Source: Octopus vulgaris (Eukaryota). Taken from it: DNA of 64,000 nucleotides. The stretch is taken from contig OX597833.1 in assembly GCA_951406725.2 (NCBI GenBank), forward strand, positions 60,884,001 to 60,948,000, given 5' to 3'. This document shows positions 1-12,408 of the stretch, in pieces; position 1 is the first letter of the stretch, and each line of letters starts with the position of its first letter. A program made the translations under genes and the position numbers. The notes beneath the pieces are model-generated. The model did not search any database. It saw only the letters and a list, made by a program, of their open reading frames with translations, and was not told the DNA's origin.

Positions 1-183
1 CAGGAATTTCATCTTAGCCAAAACATTTTTATGACCAAAACCCTGATAAAGAAGTAAATTTTTTTTCCTCATGAAATATACTATCTACAGATAATTGATT
101 AAAACCCCTGAACACAGTGCCCTAACATGGCCACGATTTATAGAAGCCAGTAAAAGAACACAGGAATACTATACATTGAGAGA

Positions 184-400
184 GGGCAGTGGGCTTGCAG
201 AATCATTAGCATGCTGGGCAAAATGCTTAGCGACATTTCATCTAGCTTTACATTTTGAGTTCAAATTCTGCTGAGGTTGACTTTGCTTTTCGTCCTTTCG
301 GGGTTGATAAAATTTGTAACAGTTGTGTATTGGGGCGAATGCAATCGACTTACCCCTTCCCCAGAAATTATTGGCTTTGTGCCAAAATGCGGAACCAATA
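184..400 (+). mobile_element. SINE family A (tRNA-like head + central domain), tail variant ending GCCAAAAT..AACCAATA
   Basis: Matches the ~220-bp repeat seen ~20 times in the window: A-box-like head, GAGTTCAAATTC B-box-like motif, GACTTTGCYTTTCRTCCTTTCGGGGTYGATAAA core. Confidence 0.8.
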
Positions 401-902
401 TCATAACACAAAGAGACATAAAAATGTCCATTATTGATAATTTAATTTTAAGATGTGTCTCTTCTTTTCAAGTTAAAACCCTGAAAATACCATAGCCATC
501 ATAAATTAAATTCATTACGGTTCATTAGGTGTCCTTCTTAAATGGATTTTTATCCAGTTTAGAAATGAATTCTATTACAGGACTTGTCAAACTTGTCTTT
601 ATAGCATTCTAAATTGCTTTATAAACCCCTTAGAAGACCCAGCAGTGGTTATATTTGCAAACTAGGTAAATTTCCATTGTCATGTTATAAAATCTAATCA
701 CGGTCAATGTGTTTCTCTTTTCACAAAGACACTACCCCCACCACCACCGTTGACTTTGCCCTTCGATAACTTCACAATATTAACCCAACATTGTCTTCAG
801 CTCTCTGAAACATTGTGTTTCAAAATGTTCATATTTCAATATAAGCCCTTCTATGATAAGTTTATTATAGAACCTAGATAAATTATAATCCAAGCAATAA
901 TA

Positions 903-1116
903 ATTCTTTCTGCTATAGATAAAAGGCCTGAAATATTAGGGGAGGAAGCTTGTTGATTATATCAACCCCAGTGCTTAACTGGCTGTAACTTTATTGACCC
1001 CAAAAGGACGAAAGGCAGTTGTCCTTGATGAAATTTGAACTCTGATTGTAAAGATTCAGAAGAAATATTGCAAACCACTTTTCCAATGTTCCAACAATTC
1101 TGCCGACTTACCACCC
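903..1116 (-). mobile_element. SINE family A, diverged copy
   Basis: Reverse complement of the family A consensus (ttgaccccaaaaggacgaaaggc, tttgaactc). Confidence 0.75.
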
Positions 1117-1144
1117 TAATAATAATAATATGATGATGATGATA

Positions 1145-1280
1145 ATTCCACCAGGGTCGACTTGGTCTTTCATCCTTTTGGGATTGATAAAATAAGTACC
1201 AGCTGAATGCTGGGGTTGGTGTAATCGACTTACCCTTTCTTCAAAATTGCTGGCCTTGTGCCAAAATTTTAAACCAATAA
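1145..1280 (+). mobile_element. SINE family A, 5'-truncated
   Basis: Core gtcgacttggtctttcatccttttgggattgataaaataagtaccag plus tail; head-to-head with 903-1116 across an (AAT/GAT)n spacer. Confidence 0.75.
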
Positions 1281-2129
1281 TAATAATAATCCAATGTAAG
1301 TATATTTCCTTAAAGTGTCAATTAACCCCTCCTGCCCTTTTAGTGTTGTTTGCAGACCTATTGGAGGAAGGTAACTGGAAGAAGCCTGACTGAGTGGATA
1401 AGGTATTAGCCTATCTCCTCATATGTTATGGGTTCAAATCTGCCACAAGTATTTCATTATATTTTTGGACTGAACACTTTATTTTGCATTACCTTAGTTT
1501 ATTCAACTGTCAGGTGTAGGACATAGCAGATTAACTGGAATAAAACTGCTTTTTTATCCAAAGAAAGATTAAATCTTATCAGTTTATACCAAGAGACTAA
1601 AGGTAGCGGATTGAAAGACTCTGGAAATTTATTGGTGCAACGGCTTCAGTAGCAGTAGTATTCAGGATGTCCTGGGGTAAAAATGTCCAGTTTATCATTT
1701 CGGATTGAACTAAACTGTGTTACCAACTTCTAAGTGGTAACAATCTCATTGATTGTCAGGTATGCAATATTTGGCTTGATTTCTATCCAATATCACTGAG
1801 CCAGGTAACTGATTCTGAAGAATCTCCAGTACTGGTGCACTTTATTACTTCATTTGCAATTTTCAGTTTGTACCTGTCTAATTATAACCTGTTCACCTTT
1901 GTATGTGATAAAGATTTGTATGGTGGCACACAGCTGTGAAGCAAAAAAAGACCAAGAAATAGAGTATATTTCATTGAAAATGCAGACTAAATTTGAATTT
2001 AAAATACAGTTCATAAAATACCATTATAATCAGCAATTTGAGAGAGGAAAGCACAACAGATATAATGACACTGACCATCGGTGGACCTGTTGCTATTTTC
2101 CTCCATAAAGTACTGTTTCATATTGTTTG

Positions 2130-2332
2130 CATTAAAATCTTAGTCAATTCAATAAGTTCACATAAAAAGCATCCAGTCCACACTGCAAAGTGGTTGGTGT
2201 CAGGAAGGACATCCCACTGTAAAAATCCTGTCAGAACAGACAGTGAAGCCTGGTACAGTCTTCTGTCTTGCCAGCTCCTGTCAAACTGTCCAACCCATGC
2301 CAGCATGGAAATCAGACATTAAATGATAATGA
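2130..2332 (+). mobile_element. Family D repeat (RTE-LINE 3'-end-like)
   Basis: tggttggtgtcaggaaggacatcc...ctgtccaacccatgccagcatggaaa..cattaaatgat; the same sequence follows RTE ORF remnants at 59440 and 29690. Confidence 0.7.
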
Positions 2333-2359
2333 CATTATTAGTTAAATATATATCATTGA

Positions 2360-2520
2360 TATATCAGAAATCGAGCAGTCCTTATTTTTTAATCTCTTGA
2401 CATGATCTGATCTTTGGTCGAAAGACCTTCGTTTGATAATAACATTGTGTCTGTTATCTCTGATCTATTTAAATCTTTTTGGTAGAATCTAAAATAAGTT
2501 TTAGTTGATTCATTGTTGTA
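2360..2520 (-). pseudogene. Possible highly decayed Penelope-type GIY-YIG endonuclease fragment
   Basis: Manual translation across frameshifts gives KTY..ST.KRFK..R.NRHN ... STK.SDHVKRLKNK, reminiscent of the Penelope endonuclease C-terminal half. Weak. Confidence 0.3.
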
Positions 2521-2752
2521 AATTAACGGAACTCTTCACTGTAAGTCATTTTGGTTGAGAAAATCTGTTTAGTGTTTTGCAATTAGCTTATCGTTTATCT
2601 TATAAACTGTCTGTCTTATGTCAGTATGGGAAAAGAGATGTTGAAGTTAGATTTGAATTTTGGTCCTAGTGGGATAGAGCTAAATTACTACTTGATGTTG
2701 CTGTCCAACGACCCTAGTAAATATAGACTTTATCATGCGCTTCATGGTAACA

Positions 2753-3099
2753 TGTGAAGGCGCATGGCTCAGTGGTTAGAGCATCGAGCTTACGATCGTG
2801 AGGTTGTGAGCTCGAATCCCGGACCGGGCTGCGTGTTGTGTTCTTGAGCAAGGCACTTTATTTCACGTTGCTCCAGTTCACTCAGCTGTAGAAATGAGTT
2901 GCGACGTCACTGGTGCCAAGCTGTATCGACCTTTGTCTTTCCCTTGGATAACACTGGTGGCGTGGAGAGGGGAGGCTGGTATGCATGGGCGACTGCTGGT
3001 CTTCCATAAACAACCTTGCCCGGACTTGTGTCTAGGAGGGTAACTTTCTAGGTGCAATCCCATGGTCATTCATGACCGAAGGGGGTTTTTACCCTTACC
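2753..3099 (+). mobile_element. SINE family C, full length with TSD
   Basis: tRNA-like head (TGGCTCAGTGGTTAGAGC A-box; GCTCGAATCC B-box), TTACCC tail, 10-bp TSD CATGGTAACA at 2743-2752 and 3100-3109; homologous to 44157-44497 and 14461-14810. Confidence 0.88.
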
Positions 3100-3344
3100 C
3101 ATGGTAACAATATTCAGCAAAAAGAATTAGCTACTAAACTGCCCATCGCACAATGAGAGTGCATATTTTGATGCCAGTCTGATGAAGTGTCACTCCAATG
3201 TAATCAACAATAATTGTAGACCTTCTCACACAAAATCATTTGCATGCAATGGCATTAGAAACAGAGTAGTTTTAAAACAGTTGCAACTAATAATAAAGAT
3301 GTGCAAAATTTATTCATTGTCTTCTTAACTGTATCATATATTTA

Positions 3345-3492
3345 CATTTAGGAAGGGCATCCAGCTGTAGAAACATTGCCAGATAAGACTGGAGCCTGGT
3401 GCAGCCTTCTGGCTTCCCAGATCCCCGGTCAAACCGTCCAACCCATGCTAGCATGGAGAACGGACGTTAAATGATGATGATGATGATGATGA
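3345..3492 (+). mobile_element. Family D repeat (RTE-tail), (GAT)n end
   Basis: ttaggaagggcatccagctgtagaaac...ggacgttaaatgatgatgat, near-identical to 39035-39182. Confidence 0.8.
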
Positions 3493-3499
3493 AATAAAA

Positions 3500-4030
3500 A
3501 ACATGGCTATGTGGTTAACATGTTTGCTTTCCAATCACATGGTTTTGGTTTCAGCCCCACTGCATGGTGCCTTGGGCAGGTGTCTTCTACTGCAGCCCCA
3601 GGTTGACCAAAGCCCTGTGAGGTGAATTTGGTGGGTGGAAATGGAAAGAAGCCATCATAGGTTTATGGCTGTATGGTTAAGATGTTTGCTTCCCAACCAT
3701 ATGGTTTTGACTCAGTCCCATTGTGTGGCACTTCTACTATACCCCCAAGCTGGCGAAAGCCATGTAAGTGGATCTTGTAGATGGGAACTGTGTGGAAGCT
3801 TTTCGTTTATGCTTGTGCCTCTTTGACTTGACATTGCATGGTAGTTGTAAAATGAGCTTCACTATCATGCAAGTGAGGTGTGGTGGTGGTGGTGGGCTTT
3901 CTTATCTTCCATGAAAATATATCTGGTCATGCGGAAATATTATCTTTTGAAACAGGAAGAGTGTTTAGCTGTAGAAAATTTGCACCAATGAATTCTATCT
4001 AACCCATACAGGCATGGAAAAATGGATGTT

Positions 4031-4033
<3 letters not shown>
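3500..4033 (+). mobile_element. Two tandem family-B heads; the second continues into the B2 body with an RTE-like tail
   Basis: atggctatgtggttaa..ccttgggcaggtgtcttctac head occurs twice; the second ends gctgtagaaaatttgc..acccatacaggcatggaaaaatggatgttaaa. Confidence 0.65.
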
Positions 4034-4084
<51 letters not shown>

Positions 4085-4504
4085 GTGTGTGTGTGAGTAC
4101 TCCTGTCAACAAACTGTCCATTTACCTCATACTTTTGAAAATGTGTGTACTTGAAAAACATTTAAGGGTTCACAACAAGAAGAGTATTTTGTTGTAAAAC
4201 AATGCCTTAATGCATTCCTACCATTTTTTCGTGGAGTACATTTTCCATGTGTTTGAGTTTTATAATTAATCAATAACTTGGAGTGATTTATCCAACTTTT
4301 GCATTATTAGTTTGGCTTTTGGAACAAACTTATTGGAGGGTTCTTGGATGAAATTATGCTGTAAGGTTTTAATTTCAATATCTAAATAATTACATACCAA
4401 ATCAATCTATTTAACTTATTAACAGATCCTATGTAATACTTACATTATTATAAAAGTTTTATTTCTAATAGTAACAATAATCATCAATAATTACTAATAT
4501 ACTT

Positions 4505-4770
4505 ATCATTGTTTAACATCCGCTTTCCATGCTGGCATGGGTTGGACGGTTTGACTGGGGACTGGCAAGCCAGGAGGCTGCACCAGGCTTCAGTCTGATC
4601 TGGCAAGGTTTCTACAGCTGGATGCCCTTCCTAATGCAAACCACTATGAGAGTGTAGTGGGTGGTTTTTATGTGCCACTGGCACGGGGGGCCAGTCAGGC
4701 AGCACTGGCATTGACCACCCTCGAATGGCACTTTTTACATGCCACCAGCATGGGAGCCAGTTAGGCAGTA
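4505..4770 (-). mobile_element. Family D repeat (RTE-tail), longer form
   Basis: Reverse complement of the D consensus (tttccatgctggcatgggttggacgg...ggatgcccttcctaatgc). Confidence 0.78.
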
Positions 4771-4828
4771 CAAATTCTGTATAATCTATTAAAATTATGC
4801 GAGTTTACCACACATAAAATCTATTTAA

Positions 4829-5045
4829 CCCTTCAGCATTTAAACTAACCATATCCAGTCCAGCTATTCTACCTGCTTTACATTCAAAGTAGCCATATCT
4901 ACCCTCTCACACCTACCCTATATTGACACTTTAAAAATAAACAATCACATCATTGAAATCTCAAAGCTATAAGATAAGGTATGGTTAATTCAAAACAATA
5001 TGAATAAAGTATTACATTCAACAGAGTAATCTGAACACTAAAGGG
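4829..5045. mobile_element. MITE family F (TTAA-flanked, piggyBac-type ends)
   Basis: TTAA|CCCTTCAGCATT ... AACACTAAAGGG|TTTA; internal sequence shared with copies at 23030, 56429, 61560 and 44085. Confidence 0.78.
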
Positions 5046-5150
5046 TTTATATATATGTCTGAAGAAAGAAATTTTGTATAAAAAAAAAAAAAAATTGAAG
5101 GGTTTCAATTCAGTATTGAAAGGGTTAAAAGGCTAAGTGGCAGTGATATT

Positions 5151-5368
5151 TTTTTCTTCTTGAGGCACAAGGCCTGAAATTTTTGGGGAGGACCCAGTCG
5201 ATTTGATCAACCCCAGTATGCAACTGGTACTTAATTTATCGACCCTGAAAGGATGAAAGGCAAAGTCGACCTTGGTGGAATTTGAACTCAGCATGCCGGG
5301 CGAAATGCTTAGCAGTATTTCGTCTGTCTTTGTGTTCAGAGTTCAAATTCTGCCAGCTCGCCGCCTTC
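5151..5368 (-). mobile_element. SINE family A with TSD
   Basis: 15-bp TSD AGTGG(C/A)AGTGATATT at 5136-5150 and 5369-5383. Confidence 0.85.
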
Positions 5369-5699
5369 AGTGGAAGTGATATTAAGGGTCTGAGGAACTA
5401 CCAACAAGGCCACTGTACTGTAGTGTTTTTGAGCAAAATCTTCAAGTACATCCTTCAGTTTACCTGACTGATGAATAGGTTTCATTTCACTGTGAGGCTT
5501 GTTGTACAAGTGATTCTCCAAGAGAAGCCATAAGGCCAACAGGGTCTACGTCACATTATTAAGAAACACACATGAGAAAAAGGGGATATTTAGGTGCTAC
5601 AGAAATTTGAGAGAATCACATGATCACCTTCTAATTCTCATTTTTTTCTTTGTTAATTTCAACAACATATTAAGCATTACATACTTACTATCTAGCTAC

Positions 5700-5858
5700 T
5701 ATACACTATCCACCCAGGTTCACTATCCACCCACGTTCACTATCCACCCACTGTTCACTATCCACCCACGTCCACTATCCACCCACTGTTCATTATCCAC
5801 CTACTGTTCACTGTCCATCTACTCACTGTCCATCTACTATTCACTGTCTACTTACTAT
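5700..5858. repeat. 18-bp minisatellite (ACTATCCACCCACTGTTC-like)
   Basis: About 8-9 degenerate tandem units are visible. Confidence 0.8.
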
Positions 5859-5904
5859 ATACTAACTGCTAGTCAGCTGCCAAATACTATCAATTTGTTA
5901 GTTC

Positions 5905-6345
5905 TATCTGCGCCATGAGGCACATAAGGCCACAGTATGATTTCTCCAACCAGCTCTGTTTTCTGCTGCCGTTCTGGTCTCATTCCTGCTTCTACTCCTT
6001 TGTTTTCTTCTTTCCTTGTCAATGGCCCTTCGCCATATGGTTTTACGGTGCTCTGCTGCTCTTTTCCCCTCAGACTGCCATTTTATGTCACCATAGAATT
6101 GTCTTCTTAATCTTGACTGAGGACGTGTCCGATCCAGTTCCAGCAACTGTGTCCTGTTTTGTCACTGATCCTGTTGACGCCTCCTGTCATCTCAATTGTT
6201 TCATTTCAGGCTCTTTGCAGCCACTTGATGTCAAGTATTCTCTTTAAGCATGTGAATTGGAAGCTATCCTTTGTTTTTCTTCTATTTTTGTCACTTTCCA
6301 TTGTCACATCCGTAGAGTAACACTGGACCAATATCTTGAACAGTT
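5905..6345 (-). mobile_element. Decayed RTE-clade LINE, C-terminal part of the RT ORF
   Basis: Translation across stops and frameshifts: CLKRILDIKW...WNWIGHVLS...W.SEGKR...KTIWRR...A.NRAGWR..VALCAS, the typical RTE C-terminus. Confidence 0.75.
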
Positions 6346-7089
6346 TCAGCTACTATTTACTAGCCAACTCCCAAATACTATCAACCTACTATATAGTATC
6401 CAGTTACTATATGCTGTCAAGATATGGGGCCTCCACATAGAAACAGTAGCATTTAACAGTTTTAGGGAGGATATTTGGTAACACGTGAAGATCAAAAGAA
6501 GGCAATACTTGATATTATAAAAGTTCATAAATCCTTGCACATTTGGTTGTGGCCAGATATTGCATCAGCTACTTGTCTCACAGAATAAATTGCAAATCAT
6601 AAGAATATATTTAATGCTTCTAAGAATTTTGTTTCGTTATTTTGCTGAAGTATTATTATTATTATTATTAAAATGTTTAGCATTCTTTTTACTTTATATT
6701 CCTACTGGACATTTGTCTTTATAGAAATTTACTTGCATAGAAATAGTTGATTTTGTAAACTATTACAAACGTATCGTGTCTGTGAACAGATGACAGAGAT
6801 AAGTTAGATTCAGAAGGTCTGTCATGAACCCTAGAGCTCACTAAGCTGGGGTTCACCTGGTTCCCGTGGCATATAAGTGACTGATATTGCAACATTCCTC
6901 TCTGAATGTGACACCAGCCCATTGCGGGCTTAATTTCTCAGCTATTGGTTAAACCTATTCATTGCTGAGTGAACTGGAATGACATGAAATGAAGTCATTT
7001 GCTCAAAAGCTCAATGCACTGCCTGATCTGAGGATCAAAACCATGATTTAAAATTATACAGGTTTACTGTACATAACATTTATTTAATA

Positions 7090-7435
7090 CTAGCACTATG
7101 ACCCGGCAATGCCAGGTCATAGTGCTAGTGCATGCGCACATACACCCGAGTACTGTCCAAATCTCCAACAAATCACATACAGTTAGCTGGCATTCAATTG
7201 GCATATCAAGTTTTGGGCATTTTGATTGGGTTTTGGATAGAAAATTCACAAAAAAGTCACTTCTATTGATTTTTTAATGGCTTTGCGGGGTGACTGGGGA
7301 AATGTAAAGATGTACACGAGCACCCTTGGACGGTTTTGAATGACCATAGAAAGTGCGGGCCCTCTAACTGAAAAATTGTGGATTTGTATAAAGGATACAC
7401 ACACAGACATTTTGCCATTTATATATATAGAGAGA
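7090..7435 (-). mobile_element. Non-autonomous Helitron
   Basis: Minus strand starts TC(TCTCTATATATATAAATGG) and ends in a 19-bp-arm palindrome (7089-7129, 1 mismatch) terminating CTAG; inserted between A and T, no TSD. Confidence 0.75.
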
Positions 7436-8213
7436 TGTCTAAAGCAAGAGATTTTGTATATAAAAAGAAGCAAAACAAACAAACAAACAAACAACAACTG
7501 TAGGGTTTCAGTTAATATTGAAAGGGTTAAAGGCTCATTGACAGTGATATTAAGGGTCTGAGGAACTAACAGCAAGGCCACTTTACAGTAGTGGTTTTGA
7601 GCAAAATGCACAAGTGTGTCCTTCAGTTTGCCTGACTGACAAATTGGGTTTTATTTTGCTCTGTGATTGTGAGTGTAAGACCCTAACTGCTCGGCCTTCA
7701 CTTAATAAAAAAATACAAAACAACAAAACATAAGTAAAAAAAGTTTGAAATTTCCCACATTCCTCAAAACTGGAGGCTAAAGACAAGTACAATAAATTCT
7801 TGCGACCCATTGTAGTTGAATTTATGAAGACTAGATCGTGTGTGACACTACAAGTTTTGGTATTCTTTCATAGTTTGGTCACCAGACTTCTATTTTGTTA
7901 CGGACTTTTGGTCACTTAAGAAGATACCATTTGTTTAACCATATATCAAGAGTTCTGTGATCAGACATGTTCCATTGTAGCCACATTGTCTTTTATCCAG
8001 ATATATCTATCTAGGACTACATTATCTTAATATGCCTTCTCTTTTTTTAAGATAATAGCATGAGTTAGGGATATCTGAAGTGACCAAATGGCAGTTGGCT
8101 TGAGGTACCAGCTTGTAGATGTGTACAAGTTGCTCAAAAAATCATTGATTACTTATAATGAGGTTGCGTTTCCAAAATGATAGGGTTGCACTTACCTTTA
8201 ATGATATAGAAAA

Positions 8214-8444
8214 GGTGGCGAGCTGGCAGAAACGTTAGCACGCCAGGTGAAATGCTTAGCGGTATTTCGTCTGCCGTTATGTTCTGAGTTCGAATTCCGC
8301 AGAGGTCGACTTTGCCTTTCATCCTTTCGGGGTCAATTAAATAAGTACCAGTTATGCACTGGGGTCAATGTAATCGACTTAATCCATTTGTCTGTCCTTG
8401 TTTGTCCTCTCTGTGTTTAGCCCCTTGTGGGTAGTAAAGAAATA
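8214..8444 (+). mobile_element. SINE family A, full length with TSD
   Basis: GGTGGCGAGCTGGCAGAAACGTTAGC head to GTAGTAAAGAAATA tail; 11-bp TSD GATATAGAAAA at 8203-8213 and 8445-8455. Confidence 0.9.
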
Positions 8445-9045
8445 GATATAGAAAAAAAAGAGGGAGGCATGAAAATGATACTGATTCCCTGCTGTGGAAT
8501 CAATAGAATACCAGCTGTAGGGGTGAAGGTCAGTTAGAAGATTGGGGTATAAGCTAAGCCCATGTTGATAAAAACAACTGTATGTCTGTTGGAATTAGTT
8601 ATTACTGAAAGCATCAGGTGGGTAATGTGAATCATTGATGAAGATAAATGATCCTTTACAACAGTTTTCAGGGGCCATTTATGAGAGTTGTCTTTAAATA
8701 GGATCAGAATAAGCAATAAACAGAAATTTACTGCAAAAAAGTCTGGCCATGGAGAAGTATTACTTTGCATGGGAAAAGGGGAGAGTCGGTGACAGAAAGA
8801 CATCATCATAATCACCATAAACCTTACCGTCACCTTTGCAGTTATTAGCATAGATATTCATGTAGACTAAACAAAGAGAAAAGGAAACCTGTTTGGCTTT
8901 TGGGTATTGAAACATAACTCTTGTTTATGTTGTTGATGGTGGTGGTAACAAGTAAAAGGACTTCGAAACTGAATGTTCAAAATGTCAGATTTTGTATAAA
9001 TTTTGGTAAGGCTACCTTCAGAAGACAAAGGCTATGTTGATTTAA

Positions 9046-9266
9046 CCCTTTCGTTACCAACCCGGCCAAAACCACCTCTGGCTCTATAGTACAAATGTCT
9101 TGTTTTCATAAGTTTTGAATAAAAATCTTCCACCAAACCTTAGTCACAATTTATGTTCCTAACACTAGCTGAATGATAACCAAGTTATTTTACTAAATTC
9201 TTTGTTACATTTAAAATAATTGAAAGAAACACAGAGCATCTCAAAATAAAGACAGTAACGAAAGGG
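9046..9266. mobile_element. MITE family E (piggyBac-type)
   Basis: TTAA TSD on both sides; TIR CCCTTTCGTTAC / GTAACGAAAGGG; near-identical copies at 37633 and 40201. Confidence 0.88.
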
Positions 9267-9395
9267 TTAAAGAATATGTATATTGTTGGCTCTAGTTAAT
9301 TTTTCACATTAAGTAGACAATTGTTTGAAATATTTCTGCTCTTAAATTGTGAACCATGAAACCTTTTGATGCCTACAGTTCCTGGGTTTCTACAC

Positions 9396-9649
9396 CAGTG
9401 TTTCTCAACCATTTTTTATCCATGGACCCCTTTGACTTCCATTTTACTTTGCTGGACCCTCCTAGTCATTCAGTGGTTAAAAAATCCTATTACATTTTTA
9501 GAATTAAATATTAGGAATTATATATAAAAAAAAACTTTAAATGTTTTGTGTATTGTAGAAATGTAAGCAAATTTATTGCACATAAATTTTAACAGCAAAA
9601 TATTGTATGGACCCCCAAGAGCCATATGGATCCCAGTTGAGAAGCATTG
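9396..9649. mobile_element. MITE family H (hAT/Charlie-like)
   Basis: TIR CAGTGTTTCTCAAC / GTTGAGAAGCATTG; 8-bp TSD TTCTACAC / CTCTACAC. Confidence 0.82.
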
Positions 9650-10169
9650 CTCTACACAAAGTTAATCTAGTAGAAATAGCAGTCAAATTCCCTCAAATCA
9701 AACCTGATCATGTTAGAAAAGGATACTTCAGGTAATATTGTCCTGGATTTTGTGCATTGGTCATGGTCAGAATAGCTTTGGTCATATGTCTGCTAGAGTT
9801 AGGCTTAAACAGCAACTGCCTCTGGTTCTTTCATATCAAATAGTCAGCTTCAAAATGTTCTTATGTAAATGAAAATCTCCCATTATAAAGCTATGTTCCA
9901 AATGCCAGTTTGATATAGAGCAATAAAGGGAAAAATTAATTAGTTATTTAGTAGAACTATTTAGGTGTAATATCCATAGAGATGTGATTATAGAAAGGTT
10001 GAGAGAGAGAGAGAGAGAGAGTGTGTGTGTGTGTGTCACATAAAAGGATAAAAGATTTTGAATTTTGATTTTACATTGGGGGGGTCAGCAATCATTTTAT
10101 ATCATTGATCCCTTTCATGTAACCATTAATAACTCAACATCCATTACTTTTTTTTTTTTTTTACTTTTT

Positions 10170-10630
10170 ACTTGTTTGTCATTGGACTGTGGTCACGCTG
10201 GAGTACTGCCTTGAAAAGTTTGGTTCAACAAATCACCTCTCTAGTACTTATTTTTTTAAAGCTTGGCACTTATTCTTTCTATCAGTCTCTTTTTAAGATA
10301 TGGTGGGAGACACACACACACACACACACACATTATATAAGTAAATATTTAAGTGTTGGGTATGTTCCTGGAGTAAGCCGATGAAGCTCATTCGCTGCCT
10401 ATATTCCATTTTTCATATCTATCATTTGTTTTATCTACATATATATTATACACACACACACACACATGACGGACTTCTTTTGGGTTTGATTTACCAAATC
10501 CACTCACAAGGCTTTTGATCAGCCCAGGGCTTTTAGTAGAAGACACTTGCTCAAGTGCCATACAAAGGAACTGTACCCAGAATCATGAGATTGGGAAGCA
10601 AATGTCTCACCACACAGCCACACTTGTGGC
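10170..10630 (-). mobile_element. SINE family B, diverged and interrupted
   Basis: ttacttgtttgtcattggactgtggtcacgctggagtactgcc ... ccactcacaaggc ... accacacagccac is the reverse complement of B. Confidence 0.65.
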
Positions 10631-10899
10631 TATCATGTAAATTTCTAAAATAAAACTAAAATGTAATTATTATTTTAAAAAATTTCTAGATTTAAAAACA
10701 ATAATTCTTTTGTTGTTTTGAGTCATTATTATTTTTTAATAAGAATTATTTAAAGAAATTCAACGAAAATACTTCATGAACTTGATGAAGAACAATAAAA
10801 TTTCATTGTGTTGTATTGATATACTTGGAATATATAATGGGAAATATGTGAATATTGGTTATTGCATTATTTGGCTAGAAATTAGTGTTTTAGCCTTGA

Positions 10900-11590
10900 T
10901 CCTTTAGCATTCAGGTTACCCTGTCAACGCTTCCCAACCACATGGTTTCAGGCTCAGTTCCACTGCATGGCACCTTCGGCAAGTGTCTTCTACTATAGCA
11001 TCGGATTGACCAAAGCCTTGTGGGTAGATTTGGTAGACAGAAACTGAAAGCAGCCCTTTGTGTGTGTGTCTGTTTATGTGTGTGCATTTCTGTGTATGTG
11101 TCTGTCTGCCCCCCCCCCCCCCATCATTGTTTGACATTCGATGCTGGTGTATTTAGGTCCTTGTCATTTAGCGGTATGGCAAAAGAGACCGTTAGAATAA
11201 ATACTTTGCTCACAAAGAGTAATTCCTGGAGTTGATTTTTTCAACTAAAACCCCTTTAAAGTGATGCTCCGGCATGGCCACAGTCAAATGACTGAAACAA
11301 GTAAAAGAATAAAAGTATATCTTTTCCCTGATTTACTATAGCTGTGTTGATTTGAGGGAGGTTTAGCTGCCATTTCTAGCAGCTTGAGCAACCATGTAGA
11401 GGTTTCCCTTTGACATTCAATTCACATTGTTTTGAATTAATCATGTATTATCTCATAGCTTTGAGATTTTGATAATGTGATTTAGTTTTTTAGAATAATA
11501 TTGTAGGGTAGGTGCAAAAGGCCAGATCTGACCAGTTTGAACATAAAACAGAATAATTGGGCCTGATATGGCCGGTTTAAATGTTAAATG
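10900..11590. mobile_element. MITE family F split by a family-B SINE (10929-11315) and a family-G fragment
   Basis: The left end cctttagcattcaggttaccctgtcaa resumes at ~11415 (attcacattgttttgaattaatcatg) and runs to ggtttaaatgttaaatg. Confidence 0.6.
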
Positions 11591-11859
11591 CTTGAAAATT
11601 TCTGTACTCTTCCAAATTTAGTTCACTAATAATTCAGCACCCTTAATGCTCAAAATCATTTCAGGCATTTATTGACCCCTTGGATAGCCATATCAACCCC
11701 CAAGGGTTAGCATTGACCATTTTACTGACCCCTGTTCTACACATATACATCATAACATATGGGCTGGATGACATCTTGCCCCTTATCATGGCCCAACAAT
11801 TCACTTTATTGTAAATGAAACCACTAAACTTTCTTGATCTGCAAGTTGTGTTTTATAAG

Positions 11860-12035
11860 ATAGAGCTGCTGTGTGGTCACTTGACTTGCTAGAAATAGTT
11901 GCCACTTTTCCATCAAATTACATTTTTGTTCTAAAAATTGTAGGACACAATGGACACTGTTGTCCTAGGTGGAAAGGACCTCTGGAACCCCTTTCATCAT
12001 AGATCTCACTCAGGGCTGACTAGGGGCTAAACCAC
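11860..12035 (-). repeat. Family G interspersed repeat (unclassified, old)
   Basis: Motifs gctagaaatagNNgcca...ggacac..tggA...cagggctgac..ggggctaaac. They recur at ~7960, 9660, 13690, 22260, 22950, 36050, 36590, 40430, 43950, 44900, 47540, 47790, 48010 and 62940. Confidence 0.6.
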
Positions 12036-12210
12036 AGTATAGGCTAACAAATTGATGAACAATGTCTATATAACATTATCTATTCTATATCCCAATTTGT
12101 AAATGTAGTATTGTATGTTATATGTCTCAAATAAACTGGTTACTGGATATTTCTGACAGCAACAGTGACAAGGAAATGTCTGTGATACAAATATTTCCAA
12201 GGACTGCTCT

Positions 12211-12408
12211 CAAAATGCTTAGCAGTATTTTCGTCTGCCGTTACGTTCTGAGTTCAAATTCCACCGAGGTCGACTTTGCCTTTCATCCTTTCGGGGTTGA
12301 TAAATTAAGTACCAGTTACGCACTGGGGTCGATATAATCGTCTTAATCCGTTTGTCTGTCCTTGTTTGTCCCCTCTGTGTTTAGCCCCTTGTGGGTAGTA
12401 AAGAAACA
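12211..12408 (+). mobile_element. SINE family A, 5'-truncated
   Basis: Near-identical to the 8214-8444 copy from aaatgcttagc onward. Confidence 0.85.

Noticed and set aside
2757-2830. tRNA-like sequence (also 44160-44232 and the heads of families A and B)
   Set aside because: It continues into a 270-bp body with tail and TSD and lacks a clean acceptor stem, so it is a SINE head rather than a tRNA gene.
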